64,000 nt of DNA from assembly GCA_013239625.1 (NCBI GenBank), contig MU053416.1:315496-379495 (forward strand). Reading direction: 5' to 3'. This stretch comes from Lama guanicoe (Eukaryota). Under the pieces are notes generated by a model. It was given only the letters and a program-made list of their open reading frames with translations. It searched no databases and was not told the DNA's origin. This document shows positions 1-12,700 of the stretch, piece after piece (positions within the stretch are counted from its first letter, which is position 1; every line of letters starts with the position of its first letter). The translations under genes were made by a program, and so were the position numbers.

Positions 1-1334
1 ATTTTCACAAATGTTTTATTCTCGGCTAATGACTTAAAAAGTTAGTGTTATTTATTCTAGTGTTCTGCAAGCACTAAAACAAAATATTAAAAATGATTAT
101 AATGCAAAAGGAAAGTGAGATTTGAAAGTCCAACCACTGCTAATGACTCATTGCTTGTTTTTCTCTAGTGGTGCTTATTGAGAGAAAAATTTACAAAGTC
201 TGTATTGGTTTTATGTAGTTTTAGTATGGAAGAAAAAATTGTCAGTGAATATTAAAAGTAAAATCTTGACTCTCTTCCTTCCTGATGATGAATATGTAAG
301 TTGTTTTTCATGGCTTAAGTACATTTCCTTATTTGTGAAATTTGAGTAATGCTGTTTAACTTGTCTTGACTGTGAGAGTTAGACGCCTTGTATACAAAGC
401 ACCCAAGAGGTGCTCAATAAAAAACTGTGTTGTCACAATGACAGTTTAGAAGAATCAACTCTGAATACTAAAGAGGGTGGCTTATTTCTGATACATATTC
501 GATATGTATATATATGATATATATGAATATGGTCTACATTAATAAGGATTCAGTTGTTTTTTTGTGCAGTATGAAGTTTTGATGAAATCAATGTCATTCT
601 TGTAAGATAGGGGCTAGTTAGATTGCCTTAAGCAGACGACCTTGAATATTATTTACACAGAATGTGTATTTTTACAACTCAGAATTCATATTGCCGTGTA
701 ACCATCCACTAGAACTTTTAAATTTGTAGGAATATGACCAGAACCATTAATTTAGAAAAATCAACATTAAATATTTTTAGGAAATAAGCTTTTCTCTGTT
801 GTGATTGAAGAAAATTTTTATTTTTTTCTGTACTCTTAATAGGTTTTAAAATATCAAAACATTGATTTCACATGTCACTTTTTAAATGGAGAGAATAAAA
901 GCTCAAGCTGTTTTAATACATAAATTAATCTTTTTGCATTTCAACAAAATGGTATGATTTCCTGACTCTTTGGGAAGTCTATTTTGCAAGACACTTACAT
1001 TACCTACTGTTGGAAAAATGCAGAAGAGACTTTTATGAATGTTGGCCTAGTACAGATGTATTGGCATTTGACATAGTGCAAGACATGAGGACTAGGAGAG
1101 CTTTGCTGTTGATTGCCAGGAGGACAGATCCCAGGTCTCAGTCTCCCCTCCTGTAAAATGTAGAGGCTGGACTGGATTCTTTCCTCTTTTAAGATGAGTT
1201 TCCATATGCCTATGTCTTTTGTTTATATTCAGGTGTATTATCAATTTCAGATTAAATGGTGAATACCACTCTCTTCCCCAAAGCTGAATTCAGTATGTGC
1301 TAGATAAGCTCTCAGCTATCTGATTCCCCTTTCT

Positions 1335-2629
1335 TTCTTTTTTAAATTTTATTTTATTGAGTTACAGTCAGTTTACAATGTTGTATCAATTTCCAGTGTA
1401 GAGCACAATTTTTCAGTTATACATGAGCATGCATATGTTCGTTGTCACATTGCTCTTCACTGTGAGCTACCACAAGATCTTGTATATATTTTCCTGTGCT
1501 CTAAGTATAATCTTGTTTATCTATTCTATATATACTTGTCAGTATCTACAAATTTCAAACTCCCCGTCAGTCCTTTCCCACCCCCTTCCTCCCTGGCAAC
1601 CACAAGTTTGTATTCTATGTCTATGACTCTGTTTCTGTTTTGTATTTATGTTCATTTGTCCCTTTAGCACAATGTTTTCTTCTTTAGATTCCACATATGA
1701 GTGACCTCATATGATATTTTTCTTTCCTTTTCTGGCTTACTTCACTTAGAATGACATACTCCAGGGACATCCATGTTGCTGCAAATGGCGTTATGTTGTC
1801 ATTTTTTATTGCTGAATAGTATTCCACTGTATAAATATACCACCTCTTCTTTATCCAGTTATGTGTCAATGGATATTTAGACTGTTTCCATGTCTTGGTT
1901 ATTGTAAATAATGCTGCTATGAACATTGGGGTGCAGGTGTCATTTTGAAGTAGGATTCCCTCTTGAGATATGCCCAGGAGTGGGATTCCTGGGTCATAGG
2001 AAGTCTATTCCTAGTCTTTTCAGGAGTCTCAATACTGTTTTCCACAGTGACTGCACCAAACTGCATTCCCACCACAGTGTAGGCGGGTACCATTTTCTCC
2101 ACAGCCTCTCCAACATTTGTCATTTGTGGAGTTTTGAGTGATGCCCATTCTGACAGGTGTGAAGTGATACCTCATTGTAGTTTTGATTTGCATTTCTCTG
2201 ATAATTACTTATACTGACCATTTTTTTCCTCTGCTTATTGATCATTCATATGTCTTCATTGGTGAATTGCTTGTTTAGGTCTTCTGCCCATTTTTTGGAT
2301 TGGGTTGCTGTTTTTCTCTTACTGAGTCATATGAGCAGCTTGTATATTCTGGAGATCAAGCCTTTGTCAATTTCATCTTTTGCAAAAATTTTTTTCCCAT
2401 TCTGTAGGTTGTCATTTTGTTTTACCTATGGTTTCCTTTGCTGTGAAAAGCCTGTAAAATTAATTAGGTCCCATTTGTTTATTCTTGCTTTTATTTCTAT
2501 TGCTTGGGTAGACTGCCCTAGGAGAACATTTTTGAGATATATGTGAGATAATGTTTTGCATATGTTTTCTTCTACGAGGTTTATTGTATCTTCTCTTATG
2601 TTGACGTCTTAATCCATTTTGAGTTTATT
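1335..2629 (-). mobile_element. 5'-truncated LINE-1 (ORF2 C-terminus + 3'UTR), decayed
   Basis: Minus-strand ORFs give the L1 ORF2 C-terminal motifs [36 protein letters not shown]-rich tail at the left end. Degenerate 14-bp TSD tgattcccctttct (1321-1334) / tgattctcgtttct (2630-2643). Confidence 0.92.
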
Positions 2630-3089
2630 TGATTCTCGTTTCTGATCCTACAGGTAATTTTTGTGTTGCATCTTTCCTGGCAACCTGGTAGGTCTTTTTA
2701 GCCATAGGTGGCGCTGTTGCACCTTCTTACAGTCTTAATTTTCCTGTTTGTAAAAGAAGGCTTAAACAACGTGATTTTATTTTGATTTCTTTGCTTAATG
2801 CTTCAGAATAGCACAATGTTCATTCTATCTATCTACCTGGAAAAATTATTCTACTTAGATCTTACTTTTATTCTGTCATCTCACTGTGAACATTTCAGAT
2901 TTGCTGTGCAAACAATGGCAAAATTGGACTTTTCTTCCAGTGTTAGAAACCAGTAAGCCATGATTTTATTAAACAGCTAGAAGCGCCCTCTGGAGCACCT
3001 CAAAACTGAAAATTGTACTGAGTTCCCTGAGTATTGACCCCGCCACTGTGTGTTAATTGGTGGGAGGTGATTTGGTGCATATAGGAAGA

Positions 3090-3290
3090 GGTGTAGCTTT
3101 TTGACTTGGGTTTGCATGCACGCGCTGCCACTGAGCCACGTGAATCCGAGTCAGTTCATTTTGAATTTTTCCCTTGTCTGTGTGATGGGGACACTCATAT
3201 CTGCTTTGTAGAATTGTGAGAATTAGAAATTATGTAAAGTGTTTAGCACAGTGAGTATCACAAGAGGGCTCATAAACTTTAGCTCCTGTT
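3090..3290 (+). mobile_element. MIR-like SINE fragment
   Basis: Degenerate MIR core: ...gctgccactgagccacgtgaatccgagtcagttc...gtctgtgtgatgggga...attgtgagaattagaaattatgtaaagtgtttagcacagtg. Confidence 0.6.
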
Positions 3291-4135
3291 TTGTATGAAG
3301 TCATCATTTTATAGTCTTTGGCAATTTCTAAGAAATAGCAAAATATGAAAGCTGGTTTTGTGATGAAAGACATTTGAAGAGGTTCCATAGTTCCTACACT
3401 TATAATTTAGCATAAGCAGAGTCAGGACCATTACACAGTCACCCTGAAACAACGTTAAGCCACAGAAATTTTTGTTAATTAGTATACGTTGGGGCTTAAG
3501 GGGACCCAATACTTATACACACGTTGTCTCCAGCAGCCAACTGAGAGATGACATGGAAAAGCAGGCAGGCAATTAACACCTCCTTTATTACTGAGGAAGC
3601 CATGTTCTCCATGAACTTCAGGGCTGTGGGAAAATGGGTGTCATGGTACTGTGTCCCAGAATTAGAGACTCACCCTGTCCCAGGTAGCTCTGGGCCACAG
3701 TGAGCCTTCCCTTGAGAGGATCTGCCCCATCATGCACAGGGCTGTTCTGCCATGGAGCTGAGCATCCCAGGTGCTTCCCGAGGGTGGCCAACAAAGGAGA
3801 GAAAAGTCTCATGGATTCACAGCTCACTCTGTTAGTGTGACGAAGGCTAGCTGCGGGCCAGGGGTCAGGGGTTTGAAGGGAGAAGCACTCTCCATGGCTG
3901 AGAGGAGTGGGGAGGAGGCATCCCCTCCCACAGTTTAAACAGGTTGTGAGATGGAACAGAAGGGTGCTCCCCAAGAGTTTATAAAAGGAGAAATAAGGAT
4001 TTCCTTTGGGACTTAGTGTAGCCGGGAAACACTGACGATGATTAGAAGGGAGACTTGTAAATCACTTTAATATTAAGTTAACATTTGTTGAGCACCAAAA
4101 ATATGCTACATTCTTTTCTGAGCATTTTATAGAAA

Positions 4136-4515
4136 TGTCAGCCGAGGGAGGCTGATCTGGGGTTCTAGGAGGTGAGCGTCCCAAACAACAAAATGCACGA
4201 GGAGTTGCCATACTGCTGAACAGACTTCAGCTGGAGACACCATGGGGTTAACAACACTTAATTGCCACAGGGAGGTGCGCGCCTATGATGCACCTGTCCT
4301 GCTTTTATCTGTTTTCTGTCAGCACATGCGCCGTCTTAGTTTCTTTGTTCATTAGGCTTACAGAATATCTCTAGCACATGCGTACTTCTATTCCTTTGTT
4401 CTAAATCTTATATAATTGATACATGTGTGGAGCAATTATTTACTGCATACTACAAACATGCTCCGATCGTGGCCTTGTGTCCCACGCCCTTAACTCATCT
4501 CAACACTAGCTCACA
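4136..4515 (-). mobile_element. Solo LTR (~380 bp) inserted into a MIR
   Basis: TG...CA termini and a 5-bp TSD AGAAA (4131-4135 / 4516-4520). Flanks on both sides read as MIR (acatttgttgagcacc... / ...atcttcacaac...ccagttttacag..gaaattgaggcacagagggtaag). Strand is inferred only from a TATA-like ATAAAAG on the minus strand. Confidence 0.75.
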
Positions 4516-6089
4516 AGAAATGAATCCTTCAATCTTCACAACAAGTGAGTAAAGAAGGCTTGATTGTTATCCCAGTTTTACAGTGTGGAAATTGAGGCAC
4601 ACAGAGGGTAAGTTGGCCAAAGACACAGAGCTAGTAAGTGGCAGAGCTGGGATTCAAACCCTGGCTGTCTGGTTTCCAGGCTCCCAGAGATGGGCTGTGA
4701 GTGTTCAGATGTATCTGCATTCCTGGGTCTCTAACTCTGTACATCAATTACCCCAGAAAAGACAGGGGAAATAGAGTTACACTGGTGCTCACAGTTGTGT
4801 CTCAGCCACTGTCCAGGAGAGTGCACCATGATTAACATTGTTTTCCAGGCAGCATGTCTGTTCGTATAACATTGAGTTAATCTAGAAGCCCTCCCTGCAT
4901 TGCTTCTGTCCATGTTTGCCATATGACCAACTGCCCACTGCCCGTGACTGTTGAGGAGAAAATGTACTGATGTTTGAACTCTGATATTTCAGTCTGGTTC
5001 ATAGTTTCATGTCTCCTGTTACATTAATAAGTTAAACATCTGGTATTCTTGCATCAGTTTGGTTAATGTGAGACCAGTCCATTGTAGCCCAGGGATGTTG
5101 ATGGTATAATTTCTGAGCACGTTGTGGCACTTCTACCCATGCAGACCTGGCTGGAGAATGTCCCCCTTCCTCACTGACTTCTCCCGACTGCAGCATCCTC
5201 TCCCAGCCCTGCACATAAGGCCGGGAGCTCTCTGAGTAGGCCAGAAAGTCAGAGGCAAACTCTACAAATCAGAAAATGATGAAGTACCTGATAGTGGGTT
5301 TAATAGAAGAAAAGGGCTTCCAGGTATTCTGATGGATCCTTCGAGGCCGTTTGTTGAAAAGCTGTCCACTGTTTTTGGTTCAGCAACTTCTTTGCTGTTG
5401 AAAGCCTGAAATAGATGAAGGGATTTTAAAAAGCAGAAAGGAGTGATTTCAGGTGGTCCATCCACACTGGTGAGAAGTGATGGGTGACCACCTGTGTGAG
5501 GCATAGACAGAGTCTTACAAGCTTCATTAAACAGCTTTAAAAGCTCTGCCATCTGAGTGCACTTCATTTGGGGTCTAGTTCATCACTGGTCATGCTGAGA
5601 GGGCAAATAACTGATGATGGCAGAAAGGACACGGAGGCATCAAAAAGGTCTCAGTCATGTTCCCTGTTTAAAGGATGTGGCACAGTGTAATATATTTGAG
5701 CTGGTTATTCACTGAATAGTTTTGAGAGTTTTCTGGGACTCCCCAGTCCCCCAAGTTTCCATGCAGCTCAGTGTCCCTTCAGCACAGCTCTGTCAGTGCT
5801 TGTCCTGTGCTGACATGGTGTCACGGGGAGCAGGACAGTCAGTGTTCCCAGCTACTCCGAACTCCTCATCCACAGTGCTGGCTTTCTCATATGCGTCTAC
5901 TTTGTAGGGTTGCTAAGAATCACACTTGATGGTTATCAGGTGTGATTTGTGGTTGTCCCTGTGTTTGGCATATAGTCAGTATTTGATAGAAACATTTGTT
6001 TTTTTTATTATACTTGTGGCTCCTAGATTGCAGTTGTTTTTAGTCTGCATTTATTTTTTATAACTTTATTCTTATATATAAATAAGCAC

Positions 6090-6183
6090 TTATATTTATT
6101 TATTTTTATGGATGTACAGGGGATTGAAGCCAGCACATCGTGCATGCTAAGAAGGTGCTCTACAACTGAGTAATACTCACCCT
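6090..6183 (-). mobile_element. tRNA-Ala-derived camelid SINE (Vic-1 type)
   Basis: Reverse complement has A/B boxes of a tRNA-Ala-like head (ctcagttgtagagc...ttagcatgcacga...gcttcaatcccc) followed by an (AAAT)n tail. Confidence 0.8.
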
Positions 6184-7042
6184 CCTTGTCTGCACTTAAA
6201 AATAAACATTGTAATACACAAAATAGCTCTTAAACACCATCATGGTACCTAGGCTCTCTATAGACAATTGAACACGTATTCTATTTCAATAAGAATAAAT
6301 GTTGGCACATAACTTTCTGAATCTGTTAATGTGCTTAAAAATGTTCATAGCTAGAGATAAACACGAGTCTTGGATCCAGTACTTAGGGTGTGTTTTGCCA
6401 TCATTGGAAATTACATTCTACGGAGAAGGCTAATTGGGTCTCTTTGATATTTGGATGGTTTAACAGATGATCAAGGCTTTCAAAAGCTGACTGTTTTGTA
6501 TTGTAAGCTAACTGCAAAGTTATCTTCTAGAAGTTGGAAGTCCTAAGCTTGTGAAGTGCCCAGTAACTCAGGGGGTATGTTTCTGTGTCTATGTCTCAGT
6601 GAATGTTTGTGTGTGATTTCAGGAAGGTAGAAATAAGTTCCATATAGCCTTCTGATACATTTCTCCTCCAGTTTAAGGTGTAGGCATATATTTACAGAAA
6701 TAAACTGATATTCTTTTGTCATTTGGCATATTAGTGGGAATACAAGGTTCTCATACTTGTTTCAGAAGGGTTGGGGAGCATGAGCTTAGAAAATGGGAGG
6801 AGAAAGGCAGGGAGGCACTTTACACTTTGTGCAGGATATGAGAAAAAGTAGCTTTTCTTTTTTCTTCAAAAGCAAACTGACACTGAATGGTAAAATTCTA
6901 TTACTCAGAATTGCTTTTCTGATCAGGTACAAGTGCCTCAGATTTTTCAAGGCAACATGAATGATGAAATGTGTTTTAGCAGTTATCTTTAAAAGTAGTT
7001 TTATTTTTCAAGTAAAAGGCTACAGGCTGTGCTTTCTTCCAG

Positions 7043-7069
7043 TGGTACAAGAAGTTCTCATTGATCCAG
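7043..7069 (+). pseudogene. TRAPPC9: TRAPPC9-like 27-nt micro-exon (human exon 5 equivalent, GAQEVLIDP)
   Basis: ttcttccag|TG GTA CAA GAA GTT CTC ATT GAT CCA G|gtacat is exactly 27 nt, phase 1/1, and encodes (x)VQEVLIDP, matching TRAPPC9 AQEVLIDP. Confidence 0.88.
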
Positions 7070-9714
7070 GTACATGATTTATGTGCTTAGTTTCTTTGGG
7101 TTTTTTTTTAAGTGTTTGTTTCATTTTGGTGTGAATGAATGTTTAAAATTTCTGGATTTTGATTTTTAGAACATGCTGATTTATCAGACCTGTTAAAAAC
7201 CTGATTGTTCTTTGGTCCTTGTTTGGTGGGCACCCTATTGATTTCTGTTGTCTGTTAAAGAGGGAAATTCTTCCTCTAGCCTGCAGATCACTAAGTGAAT
7301 GGTTTCCAGTGTGCCTTTAAAATTGTTTGAATGCAGTGAGCATGTTTATCCATTGAAATTTTTATTGACTCATAGTAGTGACTTTGCTTTGATTCTTTGG
7401 CTTTTCCTCCTCTCCACAAGAGTTTGAATTCTCTGTTGCATTTTGTATACGTGTTCTTCACAGGGGAAGAAATTTTCCTTTTTTACAGAGGTGAATTTTC
7501 CTATACCCTCTGAATGCCTTCTGTAATGAATACAGCAATAATCTGTTATTGCAGTGCTTAATTATTTCATAAAATATTTTTTGGCTTAATCAGAAACAAT
7601 GACAAAGAGTGATAATAAAAAATATGAAAACCTTACTTCCTTTAAAAAATAGAAATCAGGTGGTCAGGCTCACGCATGCTTAGTGCCTGACACAGTCATG
7701 TCATTGTGTATCATGAGTCAGAGATGGAGGTACTTCAGGTTAGTAGATTTTTGTTTTCATATTTTTGTTGAATTCTTTCTCCAGGCTGATGTTTCCTGAT
7801 GGGTTTGTGGAAAGTGTACAACAAGGGAAACAAATGCTTTGTTTTGTTTTCAGGAGGCCTGAGTTGCTGATGAGAAAAGAGTTGAGGGTGGGCTGAGGAA
7901 CAGAGTGACACTCCCTCTCCTCCCGGTGATAATTGGTGAACAATGAAATCAATTAGGTGTATAGGTATTTGCCCAATAGAAGTTAGACAGCCCAAACTGG
8001 CTAGTTATGCCCAATGGAAAGTACTGAATTCAGCTGCAGAATTAGGTGCTTTACCAAGTAGAAGCAGCTTAGAGCAATCAGAGAAATCAGTCCTATGTTG
8101 AGATATGAAAAGAATATATTATCTTTTATTTCTGAATCTTTTCTATGTTAAGTTGTGTAGAGCTAAAATTAAGTTTCAAGCACCAGGACTTAAGAGTGTG
8201 AGTGGTTCTGTGGGATCGTTATTCAGAGAGGTGTCTAGATACTGCTAGAGTGGCTGAATTTGGCAGGAAAAGACACAGAGCCAGGATTTGTCATCCGAGG
8301 GTGTTCTCCATAATGGTTCCATGTGAGAGCCCATGATTGGGTTAACAAATTATAACAGACCACAGCCGCCTGTCAACTTTAATAAGAAAAATCTGTGCTT
8401 AGTAACTGCTTTGCAAGCAGGGGTCTGTGCATCCTCACCCAGTCTCCTTGCCTTAAAAAGCAGAGACAATTGTTTGCTTGCATAGTTGAGGTTTTAGATA
8501 GCTTTCTGCTCATTGCAATGCAAGGACCCAGGCCCTCAGCTATAAACGCTGGGCTTCAGGGCTGTTAGATAGTCTGTTATCCCCAAGACAAGGACCTGGC
8601 TGGTCGGGTGGTCTGCTTTGTAATTAATATATCTACAGAATGTATCTTGTTCCCCTCACCCCATGACTTCCCTAAAGATCCACTAAGCCTTTGTACTCAT
8701 TGTGGATTCTACAATCTCTAACTCGTTCTGCCTTTCCCCAAGTTGCTGCTTACTGTCACACAACTGTTAATGATTTTTTCCTTTGATTATACACAATAAA
8801 TATGGGAGCATTTGAGAGGCTCATTGAGTTGGCTTCCTACTCCCCCTCTCGCTCTGTTAACTTTGCCCACAGAATATTGAGTAATTCATTCTGTGTCGGT
8901 AAGACTTCTGTCAGCCAGAACCCACAGTTCCAGGTGAGAACGATGCAGGCTTTCTCTCTCCTACCCGAGGGAGAGAGAAAAGAGAATTGAGATCTGCTCC
9001 CCTGTGGTCCCTTCCTGCCCCAGGGCCACTGCAGTTCACCTGAAGCCTTCTGGCCTCTGCTCACAGGGCCTCTGTCCCAGGACTTACCGCAGCCTCTTCT
9101 TCCCTTGTCAACATTTCCCGTGCCTTTCAGAAGTTGGTCTCTTGTCTGCAATTCAACCCTGGCAGATGTGATGGTGGTCAGCGTGCTGGTGGGCAGTCAC
9201 CTGGGGTCTCCCAAGAGCCATGCTGATTCTCCTGATTCTCTCATTCAGGGTTACAGAACTGTCAAGCAGCGGATGAAGCCCTTTCACGTGTGGCCAGCAC
9301 AGCATTGCATCACTTTCATTTTATTTTTGAATTTTCAGTGGAGAAGTTATTTGTAGCATAGTGTTCCAGATTTTCGGCCTCCTGCTTTCCTCACCACCAT
9401 CTCCTTGTTGGCTCTGGTGCTTGTTTTAAGAACCAGGTTCCTTCTCTGGTCATTTCTAGCAGCTGGGCTTGCCGAATGCTTGATCTGCATTTGAAGCAGA
9501 ATGCTTCTTCGTGATTTCAAACTGATTTCCCTTGTCATTTCTGAATATTTCGTGTACACTCAGCAACTGTTTCAAGTGAAATGCTCTTGTGCAAGTGCAA
9601 TTTCACTCACATTTGCTGATCTGCTGCGTTCATGCTGAGGGCAGTTTCTTCTTCCTGTAATAAAAATTAGCAATTTGCATTTACTGTGGGAAGGTACTCG
9701 CCTGAGATGCTTTT

Positions 9715-10760
9715 GTTCTTAACAGTTTTAATACAACTCACAGATTAAAATGAACTGCTATTTTTACTCTCTGCCGAGAATTGTGCATCCCAGTCAATCT
9801 TAGAATATTTTCATCCCCCTAATAGGAAGCCCGTAAGCATAAGCAGTCATTCCCATCTTCCCCATCCTCCCTCCAGCCCCAGGGAGCCACTCTTCTCTCT
9901 CTGTGGGTTTTCCTGTGCTGGAGATTTCATGTAAATGGAGTCACTTCATGTAAATGGAACCGTCTTTTGTGACTAAATTCTTTCACACTGAGTAACCTTT
10001 TCAATGTTTGTCCAGGTTTGTTCACATTGTGGTCTGTCTCAGTACTCCTTGCTTTGCTATTGCTGAATAATATTCTACTGTATGGCTGGGTCCCTCTGTT
10101 TACCCATTTATCATGTAATAGATATTTGGATTGCTTCTGCTTTTTGGCTGTGATGAATATTCGTGCCATAAACTTTCCTGTAGGAGTTTTTATGGGGACA
10201 TTTGCTTTCAGTCCTCTTACGTGTGTCCCCAGGAAGCAGAATTGCTGGGTCATTCAGAAACCAAATATTCAACTCTCTGAGGACATGCCAGGCTGTTTTC
10301 CAAAGTGACCCCACTGTGTTATGTCCTCACCAGCAAGGGCTGTGAGCTCTGCTTCCTCTGTGTCCTCATTAGGGCTTGTTACTTTTTTTTGATTATAACC
10401 AATTGTAGTGAGTGTGAAGCGGTTTCTCCTAGTGGTTTTGACTTGGTTTCCTTTACAGCTAATGATAATGAAGATCGTTTCATTGTGCTTATTGGCCATT
10501 TACATTTTCCTTATAAATATCTTTTCAGATCCTTTATTCATTTTTTAATTGAGTTGCCTCTTTATTGTTGATTTTTTGGAACTTTATCTTGGAAATACAA
10601 ATTCCTTATCAGATAAATGATTTGAAAAAATTTTCTTCTGTGCGTTGTTTTTTCACTTTCTGGATGGTGTCATTTGCAGCAAAGTTTTAAATTTTTATGA
10701 ACTCCAGTTTATCTCTGTTTTCTTTGTTTCTTCTGCTTTTGGGGTCATGTTTAAGATATG
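9715..10760 (-). mobile_element. Old L1M (L1MB-like) 3' fragment
   Basis: Degenerate ORF2 C-terminal and 3'UTR motifs (gaattgctgggtca, ggttttgacttggtttcc, ttattggccattt). Minus-strand translation gives W(F)LNDPAILLPG-type ORF2 remnants. Confidence 0.8.
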
Positions 10761-12379
10761 AGGTATTTTATTTAAACTTTTATATATAAAATAACTGAAT
10801 TCTTAGGACCGTTCTAGGAGATGGGTGCTGTTGTTGTTCCGAGACTATGAATGAGGAGACTGAGATGCAGAAAATTTCCCTGAATATCAGTGTCAGCTAC
10901 CCAGTCATGCTGTGGGATTTCAGACCCTTTTTTTGTCCCCAGCATCTGTGCTCTTCACCACCATGCTCTACTCCTTCCTGGAATCGTTAATGAAAGTCTT
11001 TCCTTCTTTGATTTCTTGTTAGTTTTTTTTTTATGGGGACCTCATCTTCTCATTTTCCTTCCAGAGCTCAGTGTAGGTTTATTTTTGGTCTCATGTAGGC
11101 AGAAGCATTGCTATCAGTTAACTTTTTTATTACTCACTCTGCAGTGATGGCTGTTGCTAATTGACCTAATCAAGTCATGCTTAAGTCTTTCCTGCCCATG
11201 ACACTAAAAGCAGAGTCGTGACTTACAGAATGCTCAAAGAAGAAAGTACTTGATTGATTTTATTTTGCTAACCAATCAAATAAAAACCCCAGTGTTGACA
11301 TTGATTATAAGCCCTCCAGAATAGGGTCATTGTCTTCCTTGTGTTTTGTTTTTTTGATCACAGTGTCTGGATAGTGCCTTGCTGTCCAGCAGTATTGTTA
11401 GGATACGGTGTTCGTGAATCATTGTAAGGACAGATTTTGACAACAGACTGTGTTGTTCATTTCACGAGGGCAAAGATAATATGAAAATACTGCTCAGATC
11501 TATTTTAAAATTAAGCTTGGAATTTTGAGAAGAGGTCGAGAAACCATACAAAGATATTTTTCACTAATTATAGATCTATCTTCGACACATTATGGTTACA
11601 TAACAGACTAACTTATCAACTAGATTTGACAAGTGTGATGTAATATTCATTATTTGTTTTGGTTGAAATATTCTACCTGGAATAAAGTAATCTGTGCCCA
11701 TAAATGAACAAACGTAACTTTGTATTTCTATGCAACATGGGAGCAGACTTCATACATTTATATATAATATATATGGCTTTGTGTTTTAAACTGTCTGTCA
11801 GTGTTTTTATAGTTTTTCAGCAATGTTGTAACTTTAGAATTCTTCTAAGAAAATCACCCCCGTATCTAAAGCAGTTTGTACTGTGTATCCTGTCTTATGC
11901 ATGGAATCCCACTGTCCCCTCAGTAAGGAATTTCCTCTCCTTCTTAGGTAGTAGCAGAGCTACAGAGACTGGGATTTCTAGGCCTTTGCTCTCCATGTGT
12001 TTGAAGTTGGCTATCAATCACGTTTTTCCCTTTCTTGGGTTTTCATTGTTCAAATAGAATTTTTGTAAATAACTATTAATATGTTGCACCAGGCTCCCTA
12101 GAAACTTGATGTGTTTGTGCTTTCCTGTCTTGAATTTATGAAAAATGTAAATGCACTCCTGTTTTTAAGTAATCCTTTTTCACTAGATATTTGTTTACTT
12201 CTTTATAGTTAATTATTTTTTCCCAATGAATGAATCAGTGTGCATGTTTTAAAAGATACATTACTTTTTAATTTTCTTATTGTAACAGTTATATTCATTC
12301 TAGAGAATTTATGAAATTAGGATAAACAAAGTAAATAAGTTAAAAATGGCCTGTAATCTCACCTGGAGATACAGGTGTA

Positions 12380-12700
12380 AGTTTTGAAATTGAGAATTAC
12401 AAGTCCTCTCACTTTGTTCTAATTTTTGAAGATCGCTTTGGTTACTGAGACCCTCGAATTCCCATATGATTTGTAGCAGCATCTAGTCAGTTTCTGCAGA
12501 GGATCCTGCTGGGATTGTGATCGAGACCACGTTGAATGCACAGATCACTCTGGGGGCACTGCCATCCTAAGAGCATTGTTTTCTGACCCATGAATATGAG
12601 TGGTGTGTCTGTCAAGGTATTTAGATCTACTTTAACTTTTTTCAACAATGTTTTCAGCTTACAGAGTATTATTTTACTTTTCTTTTGCCTTTATACTGCG
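12380..12700 (-). mobile_element. Old L1M ORF2 fragment
   Basis: tcctctcactttgttct...ttcccatatgattt...gctgggattgtgat...gttgaatgcacagatcactctgggg is typical antisense L1 ORF2 sequence. Confidence 0.7.
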
